Source: Eledone cirrhosa
Taxonomy: Eukaryota
Length of the DNA stretch: 64,000 nt
Reading direction: 5' to 3'
Assembly: GCA_964016885.1 (NCBI GenBank)
Contig: OZ024750.1
Span: 28,768,001 to 28,832,000, forward strand
Shown here: positions 30,243 to 44,800 of the stretch, piece by piece
How positions within the stretch are numbered: the first letter of the stretch is position 1
Layout of the letters: each line of letters starts with the position of its first letter
Notes under the pieces: generated by a model
Told to the model about the DNA's origin: nothing
The model's database searches: none
The model's input: the letters and a program-made list of their open reading frames with translations, nothing else
Made by a program: the position numbers and the translations under genes

Positions 30243-31204
30243 ATATTTAGAAACACACAGATACATGCGGACACACACATATATACATGAATGCATCCGC
30301 ACCCAACTGTGAGTTAAGGGTGCCAACTTCGTGGTTATAGGAGGCTTAGCTCTGTTTCTCGACCGTTATATCGCGTGACTATCTCCCCCTCCGCCTTTTG
30401 GGATTCTTTCTCACGTCGTGTAGACGCGTTCTTGAGACTAGTAAAATGAGGTATCCTCTTGATAAGTCGGCAGACCTCGCAAGGACTCTATATCTTTGAT
30501 ATATTGTTTTTGTTTATGCCACGAAACTACGTAGTCGAGGAATTTAGGAGCAGTTTAGGTATGATACATTTTATTACTAATTATATCTAAATGTTTCTTC
30601 TCTCTTCATAATGTATTTTTAACTCTGATACTGGTTCAGTCTGGTTCAAACTGAATTGGTCTGTCCCAGTCATTCATTGAGCAACATCGGTGAAGTTGGC
30701 ACCCTTAACTCACAGTTGGGTGCGGATGCATTCATGTATATATGTGTGTGTCCGCATGTATCTGTGTGTTTCTAAATATATTAATAACTCCCTCTGGTCG
30801 AGCAATCTTTGAAGTGTGAGGACAACTGGAAAGCTTCCATTACTCATACTCTCGCCTTCTTCACTACCTCTTCTACGGCCTCGATATGAATACCCCCTCC
30901 GCCTCCGTGGTATTTTCTTCGTGGTTATAGGAGGCTTAGCTCTGTTTCTCGACCGTTATATCGCGTGACTATCTCCCCCTCCGCCTTTTGGGATTCTTTC
31001 TCACGTCGTGTAGACGCGTTCTTGAGACTAGTAAAATGAGGTATCCTCTTGATAAGTCGGCAGACCTCGCAAGGACTCTATATCTTTGATATATTGTTTT
31101 TGTTTATGCCACGAAACTACGTAGTCGAGGAATTTAGGAGCAGTTTAGGTATGATACATTTTATTACTAATTATATCTAAATGTTTCTTCTCTCTTCATA
31201 ATGT
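30243..31204 (+). mobile_element. Penelope-like or retrozyme-like non-autonomous element: inverted end plus two ~288-bp direct repeats, each with a degenerate hammerhead
   Basis: 30327-30614 equals 30917-31204 (period 590); 30243-30330 is inverted at ~30693-30780. Motif tcctc TTGATAA gtcggca...tgccac GAAA CTA CG TAG TC gagga at 30454-30541 and 31044-31131. Confidence 0.72.
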
Positions 31205-31399
31205 ATATATATATATATATATATATATAAATATATATATACACACACACATATACACACACTCTTTTACCCGTTCCAGCCAGCGGTGGTGCAAACTGTG
31301 GTGCACCGTTGCTGCAAACCAGTCGATGAAACTGCAGTAGGGACTTTGAAGAAATAATAGTTAATTCTTTGTCTATTCTTTTCTCGTATGTATAATTTG

Positions 31400-33500
<2,101 letters not shown>

Positions 33501-33997
33501 GAAGAGTAAATGATCGGGAGAGATGGAAAAGAAAAACGGAAAGGAGAGACATACAGATGTCAAATAGAAATTAGGAAGGAAGGAAGGGGTGGGAGGAGGA
33601 AATAGAAGGAGAAGACATAGGAAGGAGGGGGTAAGAATAATAGGGAGTGAGCGAAATAAGGGGCTAGGCAACCCCGTAATCGGGTTTGTCTTTTATAACT
33701 TCCAGATTTAAATACTTCCGTTTCGAAGAGAAGGGGACAGAGATTGAGTGGAGGTGTGGGGTGGGGTGGGGGGAGATCGAGTGGTGGGTGGGGGAAAAGA
33801 TTGAGTGGAGGAGTGGGGTGGGGCAGACATTGATGGGGGGGGTAGAGATTGAGTTGAATACGGAGGGGGGATTTAGCGGAAGGGCAATGGAGAAGGAGAT
33901 TTAGTGGAGTGGGGACTAGTGGGAGGTTTAGTGGAGGGGAGGGTGAAGGGATGTAGATTTGATACGATCATACTTCAGACACTAGATTCGCGTGCCA

Positions 33998-34066
<69 letters not shown>

Positions 34067-34067
34067 A

Positions 34068-34215
34068 AATAATTGTTTCTACTTTTGGCACAAGGCCAGC
34101 AAATACCCAGTGCATTACTGGTACTTTATTTTATCGACCCCGTAAGGATGAAAGGCAAAGTAAACCTCGGTGGAATTTGAACTCAGAATGGCAAGGACCG
34201 TAACTCTATGCGTCA
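34068..34215 (-). mobile_element. Nin/Deu-type SINE
   Basis: Same sequence family as 25938-26100. Confidence 0.85.
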
Positions 34216-34364
34216 ATAATAATGTATAGATATTCCTGTATAAAACACATATATACATACACTCATACATATATACATACATATATACGTACGTATCTAC
34301 ATATATACACATACTCAGAAGCGAATGCAAATATTCACGGAAATGTATACGTACATACACACAC

Positions 34365-34395
<31 letters not shown>

Positions 34396-34420
34396 TGTAT
34401 GTATGTATGTATGTATGTAC

Positions 34421-34984
34421 AACCTGTCTTTTGGTCGAGTCGTTGGCGACTAAACTGGCAACCCCACCAAGGTTTCTTGGTGAGGAGGGTGACTTTGAAC
34501 ATCCTGCAGGACTAAAAACAAAACCTGTCAAAGGGCAAAGGAGCTCTTAAGAGTCAATGGCCATCCAAAATCACCGGGAGAGATGAGCCCTTAGCCTTTG
34601 TCAAGGCAGAATTCTAGGAGAAGGAAAACTCTGATATAACACCTGCAACCCTGATGGTATCCAATGATGTTGACTTGTTCTTCTTTTTGGTAAATATCAT
34701 CTTGGTTAAGAGAGTGGGACTGGCTTTGTGCAGTGCCTTTGCTCACTATAAAAGCTTCACGGCACAGGCATTGCTTTATATCTGGAGATCTCTCTGCACT
34801 TGTCATCACATGGTACCATGGGCCCAGCACTATGTGTCAATAATTGTCACAAGTGTAGCGTTTGTACCTACCAGAGTTTTCAAGTCGCTGGCTGGACTAA
34901 AAAGTCACACTCGTTCAGCGCACCGGTAGGGGTTCTCCTACATATAAAGTAGTGGCCGTACTCGAAAACGAGTTGGCAGCCACC
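34421..34984 (+). mobile_element. Non-autonomous bipartite RTE-derived element, longer copy
   Basis: RTE 5'-UTR-like ctaggagaaggaaaactctg joined to the RTE C-terminal remnant RVFKSLAGLKSHTRSAHR-stop and a short 3' UTR; (ATGT)n on both sides. Confidence 0.75.
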
Positions 34985-35119
34985 ATGTATGTATGTATGT
35001 ATATATGTACTTCTGGTTTCACTTAAAAAACTTCAGGCACAAGCACTGCTTGATATATGACATTTTGCGATGCCGTCGAAACGGCTTGAGCTCTGCCGTC
35101 GGGGGTCATACTTTTTCCC

Positions 35120-35121
35120 AT

Positions 35122-35153
<32 letters not shown>

Positions 35154-35194
35154 GTGTATATATATATATATGTGTGTATATGTATATGTATATA

Positions 35195-35237
<43 letters not shown>

Positions 35238-35443
35238 ATATGTATATGTATATATATATATGTATATATATATGTGTATATATATAAATGTGTATATATA
35301 TATATATATGTGTGTATATGTATATATATATGTGTATATGTATATATATATATGTGCATATATATATGTGTATATATATATATGTGTGTGTGTGTGTATG
35401 TATATATACATATGTGTGTGTATATGTATATATATATATGTGC

Positions 35444-35479
<36 letters not shown>

Positions 35480-35556
35480 ATGTATATATATATATATGTG
35501 TGTGTATATGTATATATATATATGTGCATATATATATATATATATGTGTGTGTGTA

Positions 35557-35598
<42 letters not shown>
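35120..35598. repeat. (TA)n/(TG)n compound microsatellite
   Basis: Direct reading. Confidence 0.95.
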
Positions 35599-35599
<1 letters not shown>

Positions 35600-35749
35600 C
35601 AGGTGCGAGTTACAGGTCGGCATACCCACATATCTCTCCATCTCTCTGAACCTTTGACAATCCTCAAATTGGGAAACCGGTAAAGTTATAAATTATTGTA
35701 AATAAACCTTCTTAAAGACTCCAATTGCATTTTCAACTTCTTTTTCATG

Positions 35750-35806
<57 letters not shown>

Positions 35807-36203
35807 GTGAGGGTTTTTTTACAAAATGAAAAATAACCGAGGTGTCCTACACGAGTGAAAGTATAGAGAAAAAGAGATGAAATCGAAAATGCAACTGGAG
35901 TCTTATTTTTTTTTAAATATATATATTTATTTGGTTCCTTTACCGGTTTCGCAGTTCTTCTACTTTTCAAAAGTAGAGTTGAGATGGAGGGTCTGTGGTT
36001 TTTCTTCAGATAGGGTGTGGTAAAAAACCAAGTTGACCATAACCCACCAGAGTACTCGATACTTGGGGTCACTGACCTATCCAACTTGTTTGTCTACCAG
36101 CATATCGTGTGCAAATTACACATCGTCTATGTATTTTCATCTGAGAAGGACATATTTTGCTTTACGTTATACATAAAACTTTACATCCTCGAAATATATA
36201 TAT

Positions 36204-36383
36204 AATTGTTTCTACTTTTGGCACAAGGCCAGCAATTACCCAGTGTATTACTGGTACTTTATTTTATCGACCTCGTAAGGATGAAAGGCAAAGTTAACCT
36301 CAGCGGGATTTGAACTCATAATGGAAAAGGCCGTAACTCTTTGCGTCAAAGCATGGCGTCCGACCCTCTACCGATACTGCCAA
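36204..36383 (-). mobile_element. Nin/Deu-type SINE
   Basis: Same family as the copies at 15509, 25938 and 34068. Confidence 0.85.
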
Positions 36384-36574
36384 TATAATGAAATAAAGTT
36401 CAATAATTATTCGTAGGGCATGTTATAACTTTCCTATTCTGTCGGCTGGTAAAATAGTTGCGTGTGTACGACTAGACATGCTTTTCCCTGTCGTCACTAT
36501 CACTTAAGTTTGAACTTCACATATCAATTAAATTGTTGTTGTTGTTGTTATTACGATAACGAATGTCAAATCTG

Positions 36575-36757
36575 TTGTAAACGGAATTGAGACTGATTTA
36601 CATATTATTTGCCACATCTTTAATAATCATGTGTCTGTTTAACAGAACCATATCAGGGACACGTTTAATGTTATCATCAGCACAGGACGTGGTCAGGCGT
36701 CTGACTCCTCCTCGACGTGTGACACTCGTGCGAACATGTTTGAGTTTTTTTTTCAAG
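36575..36757 (-). pseudogene. Decayed mariner transposase fragment (HTH linker region)
   Basis: Minus strand gives KKLKHVRTSVTRRGGVRRLTTSCADDNIKRVPDMVLLNRHMIIKDVANNM*IS, resembling the mariner FK.GRTSV....GRP.TS..D.NI..V..M...DRR.TI..VA..L.IS motif; in-frame stop. Confidence 0.75.
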
Positions 36758-37234
36758 TCATACTTAGATAATTCCTAGTAGCAAACACTGCTACCGTACT
36801 AGACAGAAAATCTTCACTTGATTCCAGGCCGTAAACAGGTTCAGCTTACACTCAAAGAAAATGTATCTGCAAAGAGAAATGAGAGTAGCAATGGTTAATA
36901 TGATCACAACGGCAGTTTATTTCATGGTTGATGTTCAAACCTTCACCCCTTTAGCTTGAGATAGAAAGCACGTCTGACAATATGTCTCCAATCTAATTTA
37001 TAAGCATGAATTGCAGATAAGTAATGACTTGCTATAGTAAATCAATACGCACACACACACACACGCACACACACACGCACACACGCACACGCACGCACGC
37101 GCGCGCGCGCCAGGAATATATGTTATATATGTTAGATATATATATCTATATATATAACATTAAGTTCTATTCAAACAGAACTTAAAACGATAAGTTCACT
37201 ATCAGTAAAACAACTATCAGTAAAACAACTTTTA

Positions 37235-37296
37235 TATTTTATCTGATGAGAGCGTACCAAAAATATTGCTACCCTTGAAATATAAATAATAAAATA
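37235..37296 (+). ncRNA. Minimal hammerhead-like motif, same family as 18146
   Basis: tattttat CTGATGA gagcgtaccaa aaata ttgctaccctt GAAA T ATAA A TA ataaaata, followed by the same aatatggtt...aaagata.tttccatttattaata tail as the 18146 copy. Confidence 0.68.
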
Positions 37297-37310
37297 AATA
37301 TGGTTATATA

Positions 37311-37731
37311 TAGATATGTTTCTTTTATTTGCCACCAGGGCATCAAAAGCGGGACATGTACAAAGGGGGGAGTTTACAAAACAAGGCGTCCTCAATAAGG
37401 AGGAGGCAATAACAATATATAAAAATAAAATAAAATATAACAAAAAATAAAATTTATAACAAAGTCCTCAATAGAGAGGAGGCGCCTTGGGGGGTCGCAC
37501 ACACACCCGAAAAAAGTGTGCAACCCTTCTCCTCAGGAGCACAGAGAAGGGGTGCTCCCTTGGTCTTTCATCTTCCTCACCTATAGTCTGATGTAGAGTG
37601 AAGGCCCATTCACACGGGCCATTCTCGCCACTTTCACCCATCTTTCATAGAAACGGCTGGGGTGCAGCACCTCTCTCTCCATCCTGATCCTTCTTCCGAA
37701 ATGATATCGGAAGAAACGGACCAGTTGTTGG
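37311..37731 (-). mobile_element. 5'-truncated Tx1/L1-like LINE with target-site duplication
   Basis: [22 protein letters not shown]...YIRL-stop plus 3' UTR; inverted copy of ~39661-40082; tggttatata at 37301-37310 and 37729-37738. Confidence 0.8.
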
Positions 37732-37762
37732 TTATATAAAGATAGTTTCCATTTATTAATAA

Positions 37763-37836
<74 letters not shown>

Positions 37837-37848
37837 TGTTTGTGTGTG

Positions 37849-37882
<34 letters not shown>

Positions 37883-38115
37883 AGTTGAAATAAATTGAAA
37901 ACGATATTTCATTTCTCACTCTTAGTACGGCACTTACTTAAATGTAAGTATGTGTGTATATATATGTATGTACGTATACACACATACTTATATATATATA
38001 TATATATTTACTCTTTTACATGTTCCAGCTGACAGGCTGAGGCCATGCTGGGGCGCAGCCAGTTATATATGTATGTATATACACTTTTACACCAATGCAT
38101 CAGAATATATATATG

Positions 38116-38187
<72 letters not shown>

Positions 38188-38535
38188 CTGATTCCACCAA
38201 ATTTAGTAGTAAACCCCGGGGTGTAAACTTGGGTATTGAAATCCATCTTAAGTTATTATCATAATGTTATTTGCAGCCAGTAAAAATTGGTTTTTATTTA
38301 CATTTATATTTCAATTTAATTTGTTGGGGGAGTAGGGTTAGTGGAGATGTAGTGGTAGGGGGGTGGGGGGGTGTATTGGGGGGAGGGGATGTATTGGGGG
38401 AGTGGCGCGGAGGGGGGGGGGGGTATAGTGGTGGAGTCCTTCCTCATTGAGGTGTAACTTGGTTAGGCTAGAAACGAAACGTAATTAATACCTTAATTAA
38501 TTTGAAACATTTACAGGAAGTTTACTTTCTGCTTG

Positions 38536-38591
<56 letters not shown>

Positions 38592-39060
38592 GTGATGGTG
38601 ATGGTGATGATTGTATTAGTATTGGTATTGGTGTTGGTATTGTTGTTGGTAGTGGGGGCTAATGGTGATGGTGATCATGATCATGATCATGATGATGATG
38701 ATGATGTGAAGGAGCAGGAAAAAGGGGTGAGAAAAGAGAGGGAGGGTATTATGATGAGGAGTAGGAAAACAAGAAGAGGAAGATAATGATGATGGTGATG
38801 AGGAGAAGCAGAAGAAGTTTTCTATACTATATTACTTTCTAAAGATTGTCAGTATGCGAGTTAAAAAGATTTATACAATACCTAATAAATATGAGAAATT
38901 ACGGAATTATTTCATATCTCTCTAAAGATATCACATATTCTCCTTGTGTTTTAAAATATCTAGCTAAATATCTATCTAAATATCTATCTAAATATCTAGC
39001 TAAATATCTAGCTAAATATATATCTATATATCTTATTTTTTGTTATATTTTATAACAAAA

Positions 39061-39224
39061 TCCTCTATTGAGGATTTTGTTATAATTCTATTTTTTGTTA
39101 TATTTTATTTTATTTTTATATATTGTTATTGCCTCCTCCCTATTGAGGACGCCTTGTTTTGTAAACTCCCCCCCATTGTACTTGTCCCACTTTTGATGCC
39201 CTTGTGGCAAATAAAAGAAACATA
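39061..39224 (+). mobile_element. 3' UTR fragment of the same Tx1/L1-like LINE
   Basis: Matches ~39915-40078 (ctctattgaggattttgttata...gtggcaaataaaagaaacata). Confidence 0.8.
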
Positions 39225-39529
39225 TATATCTATCTAAATATCTATCTAAATATCTAGCTAAATATCTATCTAAATATCTATCTAAATATCTAAATATCTA
39301 TCTAAGTATCTATCTAAATATCTATCTAAATATCTAAATATCTATCTAAATATCTATCTAAATATCTATCTAAATATCTAGCTAAATATATATCTATATA
39401 TCTATCTAAATATCTATCTAAATATCTATCTAAATATCTATCTAAATATCTAAATATCTAAATATCTATCTAAATATCTATCTAAATATCTAGCTAAATA
39501 TCTATCTAAATATCTATCTAAATATCTAT

Positions 39530-40082
39530 TGCAATGATCAAGCCGCCTTCCCCCTTCAAAGATGAAGCAGAGGCGGTGTTTCTGTGCGTAATAGCCATGG
39601 CGAAAGAGGTTGTATGGTGGACGCGTCTGAAAGGACTGAGGTCAGGCACCTTTCTCTCTGGCCAACAACTGGTCCGTTTCTTCCGATATCATTTCGGAAG
39701 AAGGATCAGGATGGAGAGAGAGGTGCTGCACCCCAGCCGTTTCTATGAAAGATGGGTGAAAGTGGCGAGAATGGCCCGTGTGAATGGGCCTTCACTCTAC
39801 ATCAGACTATAGGTGAGGAAGATGAAAGACCAAGGGAGCACCCCTTCTCTGTGCTCCTGAGGAGAAGGGTTGCACACTTTTTTCGGGGGTGTGTGCGACC
39901 CCCCAAGGCGCCTCCTCTCTATTGAGGATTTTGTTATAAATTTTATTTTTTGTTATATCTTATTTTATTTTTATATTTTGTTATTGCCTCCTCCTTATTG
40001 AGGACACCTTTTTGTGTAAACTCCCCCCTTTGTACTTGTCCCACTTTTGATGCCCTAGTGGCAAATAAAAGAAACATATCTA
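39530..40082 (+). mobile_element. 5'-truncated Tx1/L1-like LINE (ORF2 C-terminus plus 3' UTR)
   Basis: AVFLCVIAMAKEVVWWTRLKG...[11 protein letters not shown] resembles the L1/Tx1 AK..IW..R and F...W C-terminal pattern; clade call from memory. Confidence 0.72.
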
Positions 40083-41134
40083 AATATCTATCTAAATATC
40101 TATCTAAATATCTAGCTAAATATATATCTAAATATCTATCAAAATATCTAGCTAAATATCTAGCTAAATATCTATCTAAATATATATCTAAATATATATC
40201 TAAATATCTAGCTAAATATCTAGCTAAATATCTATCTAAATATCTATCTAAATATCTAGCTAAATATCTATCTAAATATCTAAATATCTATCTAAATATC
40301 TATCTAAATATATATCTAAATATCTCTCTAAATATCTCTCTAAATATCTCTCTAAATATCTATCTAAATATCTATCTAAATATATATCTAAATATCTCTC
40401 TAAATATCTCTCTAAATATCTATCTAAATATCTATCTAAATATCTAGCTAAATATCTATCTAAATATCTAGCTAAATATCTATCTAAATATCTATCTAAA
40501 TATCTATCTAAATATATATCTAAATATCTATCTAAATATCTATCTAAATATCTATCTAAATATCTATCTAAATAAATATCTAAATATCTCTCTAAATATC
40601 TATCTAAATATCTATCTAAATATCTCTCTAAATATCTATCTAAATATCTATCTAAATATCTAGCTAAATATCTATCTAAATATCTAGCTAAATATCTAGC
40701 TAAATATCTATCTAAATAAATATCTAAATATCTATCTAAATATCTATCTAAATATCTATCTAAATATCTATCAAAACCTATTATATGATTTATTATATTA
40801 AAATGCAAATAATAGATTACGTGTAGTGTAAAATATCGGTCACACTGTGGAAAGAGGGTGGTAAAAGTGTGTGTGCGATAGAGAAAGAAAGAGAGTGGTG
40901 GTGGTAACAACAACAACAAATGGTGAATTTTGAAAAGTTTTAATCTCATGCCTTAATGGAAAGGAGATGGTACGAATGATTAAGTGGCACTTGGTACTTC
41001 CGTCTTTCTGTAAACATTACTTAATCTTTTCTGTTATAATTAAAACTCGACATTTTCTTACGTTTCCATATTTTGTTTTACTTTAATCTTTTAATTTCCA
41101 TTTCTCACATTTTAATAATTATAATGACAACATG

Positions 41135-41310
41135 CTTTGTAGCATATAGTTACGTCCCTTTACGTTCTGAGTTCAATTCCCACTGAGGTTGGCTTTGCCT
41201 TTTATCCTTACGAGGATGAAAACATAAAGTACCAGTAACGCACTGAGGTCGATTTTATCGACTTTCCCTTCCCCCAAAATTGCTGGCCTTGTGCCAAAGG
41301 TAGAAACAGT
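41135..41310 (+). mobile_element. Nin/Deu-type SINE
   Basis: gttctgagttcaattccc...ctttgccttttatccttacgagg...aaagtaccag...tgctggccttgtgccaaaggtagaaac. Confidence 0.85.
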
Positions 41311-41459
41311 TATTTATTTATTTATTTATTTATTTATCCCCCCCCCCCTCTCTCTCTCTGTTTATTTCTGTTATACCAATAAACTATTCTCGACCAAAAC
41401 TCTTATTCAATCTTTTAATCTTCCCATCTATCTTTCATTCATTTCCTCTCCAGGTTCTT

Positions 41460-41775
41460 TTTTCCTCCTCCTCGACCTCATCCTCCTCCTCCTCCTTATC
41501 CCCCTCCTCTTCCACCTTCTCCCCCTCATCCTCTTCACCCTCATCATCATCCTTACCCTCCTCCTTCACCCTCATCATCATCCTTATCCTCCTCCTCCTT
41601 CACCTCATCATCATCACCATCGTCATCATCATCATCATCCTTATCCTCCTCCTCCTCCTCCTCCACTTCCACCAACTCATCATCATCATCATCATCATCA
41701 TCATCACCATCGTCATCAGCATCATCCCTCTCCCCATCCCTCTCCTCATCCCTCTCCTCATCCCTCTCCTCCTCC

Positions 41776-41815
<40 letters not shown>

Positions 41816-41823
41816 CATCACCA
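41460..41823. repeat. (CCT)n/(CAT)n low-complexity tract bordering the satellite
   Basis: Direct reading. Confidence 0.9.
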
Positions 41824-41887
41824 TAATTCCCGTTTCTGTTTCAGTAGCTCATTTTTACGCACCGTAAACTCCTTGTCATGAATTCCC

Positions 41888-44800
41888 GTTCCTTTTCCAC
41901 CCGATCCTGCCAACTGCCTACCTTACTATAAATTACTGTCGTTCCTTTTCCAGCCCAGCCTGCCAACTGCCTACCTTACTATAAATTACTGTCGTTCCTT
42001 TTCCACCCGAGCCTGTCAACTACCTACCTTACTATAAATTACTGTCGTTCCTTTTCCAGCCCAGCCTGCCAACTACCTACCTTACTATAAATTACTGTCG
42101 TTCCTTTTCCAGCCCAGCCTGCCAACTACCTACCTTACTATAAATTACTGTCGTTCCTTTTCCAGCCCAGCCTGCCAACTACCTACCTTACTATAAATTA
42201 CTGTCGTTCCTTTTCCAGCCCAGCCTGCCAACTGCCTACCTTACTATAAATTACTGTCGTTCCTTTTCCAGCCCAGCCTGCCAACTGCCTACCTTACTAT
42301 AAATTACTGTCGTTCCTTTTCCAGCCCAGCCTGCCAACTGCCTACCTTACTATAAATTACTGTCGTTCCTTTTCCAGCCGAGCCTGCCAACTACCTACCT
42401 TACTATAAATTACTGTCGTTCCTTTTCCAGCCCAGCCTGCCAACTGCCTACCTTACTATAAATTACTGTCGTTCCTTTTCCAGCCGAGTCTGCCAACTAC
42501 CTACCTTACTATAAATTACTGTCGTTCCTTTTCCAGCCCAGCCTGCCAACTGCCTACCTTACTATAAATTACTGTCGTTCCTTTTCCAGCCGAGTCTGCC
42601 AACTACCTACCTTACTATAAATTACTGTCGTTCCTTTTCCAGCCGAGTCTGCCAACTACCTACCTTACTATAAATTACTGTCGTTCCTTTTCCAGCCGAG
42701 TCTGCCAACTGCCTACCTTACTATAAATTACTGTCGTTCCTTTTCCAGCCCAGCCTGCCAACTGCCTACCTTACTATAAATTACTGTCGTTCCTTTTCCA
42801 GCCCAGCCTGCCAACTACCTACCTTACTATAAATTACTGTCGTTCCTTTTCCAGCCCAGCCTGCCAACTACCTACCTTACTATAAATTACTGTCGTTCCT
42901 TTTCCAGCCCAGCCTGCCAACTACCTACCTTACTATAAATTACTGTCGTTCCTTTTCCAGCCCAGCCTGCCAACTGCCTACCTTACTATAAATTACTGTC
43001 GTTCCTTTTCCAGCCCAGCCTGCCAACTGCCTACCTTACTATAAATTACTGTCGTTCCTTTTCCAGCCCAGCCTGCCAACTGCCTACCTTACTATAAATT
43101 ACTGTCGTTCCTTTTCCAGCCGAGCCTGCCAACTACCTACCTTACTATAAATTACTGTCGTTCCTTTTCCAGCCCAGCCTGCCAACTGCCTACCTTACTA
43201 TAAATTACTGTCGTTCCTTTTCCAGCCGAGTCTGCCAACTACCTACCTTACTATAAATTACTGTCGTTCCTTTTCCAGCCCAGCCTGCCAACTGCCTACC
43301 TTACTATAAATTACTGTCGTTCCTTTTCCAGCCGAGTCTGCCAACTACCTACCTTACTATAAATTACTGTCGTTCCTTTTCCAGCCGAGTCTGCCAACTA
43401 CCTACCTTACTATAAATTACTGTCGTTCCTTTTCCAGCCGAGTCTGCCAACTGCCTACCTTACTATAAATTACTGTCGTTCCTTTTCCAGCCCAGCCTGC
43501 CAACTGCCTACCTTACTATAAATTACTGTCGTTCCTTTTCCAGCCCAGCCTGCCAACTACCTACCTTACTATAAATTACTGTCGTTCCTTTTCCAGCCCA
43601 GCCTGCCAACTGCCTACCTTACTATAAATTACTGTCGTTCCTTTTCCAGCCCAGCCTGCCAACTATCTACCTTACTATAAATTACTGTCGTTCCTTTTCC
43701 AGCCGAGCCTGCCAACTGCCTACCTTACTATAAATTACTGTCGTTCCTTTTCCAGCAGAGCCTGCCAACTACCTACCTTACTATAAATTACTGTCGTTCC
43801 TTTTCCAGCCCAGCCTGCCAACTACCTACCTTACTATAAATTACTGTCGTTCCTTTTCCAGCCCAGCCTGCCAACTGCCTACCTTACTATAAATTACTGT
43901 CGTTCCTTTTCCAGCCCAGCCTGCCAACTGCCTACCTTACTATAAATTACTGTCGTTCCTTTTCCAGCCCAGCCTGCCAACTACCTACCTTACTATAAAT
44001 TACTGTCGTTCCTTTTCCAGCCCAGCCTGCCAACTGCCTACCTTACTATAAATTACTGTCGTTCCTTTTCCAGCCCAGCCTGCCAACTATCTACCTTACT
44101 ATAAATTACTGTCGTTCCTTTTCCAGCCGAGCCTGCCAACTGCCTACCTTACTATAAATTACTGTCGTTCCTTTTCCAGCAGAGCCTGCCAACTACCTAC
44201 CTTACTATAAATTACTGTCGTTCCTTTTCCAGCCCAGCCTGCCAACTACCTACCTTACTATAAATTACTGTCGTTCCTTTTCCAGCCCAGCCTGCCAACT
44301 GCCTACCTTACTATAAATTACTGTCGTTCCTTTTCCAGCCCAGCCTGCCAACTACCTACCTTACTATAAATTACTGTCGTTCCTTTTCCAGCCCAGCCTG
44401 CCAACTGCCTACCTTACTATAAATTACTGTCGTTCCTTTTCCAGCCCAGCCTGCCAACTATCTACCTTACTATAAATTACTGTCGTTCCTTTTCCAGCCG
44501 AGCCTGCCAACTGCCTACCTTACTATAAATTACTGTCGTTCCTTTTCCAGCCCAGCCTGCCAACTACCTACCTTACTATAAATTACTGTCGTTCCTTTTC
44601 CAGCCCAGCCTGCCAACTATCTACCTTACTATAAATTACTGTCGTTCCTTTTCCAGCCCAGCCTGCCAACTGCCTACCTTACTATAAATTACTGTCGTTC
44701 CTTTTCCAGCCCAGCCTGCCAACTACCTACCTTACTATAAATTACTGTCGTTCCTTTTCCAGCCCAGCCTGCCAACTATCTACCTTACTATAAATTACTG

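Larger units (their letters stand above)
38955..40772. repeat. 12-bp (TATCTAAATATC)n satellite in three blocks: ~38955-39030, 39225-39530 and 40076-40772
   Basis: Direct reading; the blocks alternate with LINE 3' fragments. Confidence 0.93.

Noticed and set aside
35933-36015. Minus-strand CTGAAGA...GAAACCGGTA hammerhead candidate
   Set aside because: The core is present but stems I and II pair poorly; not counted as a ribozyme, and only its palindrome is noted.
36851-36886. Good minus-strand acceptor (ctctcatttctctttgcag) with a possible 17-nt micro-exon
   Set aside because: Too short to evaluate and no supporting neighbouring exons; needs RNA-seq.
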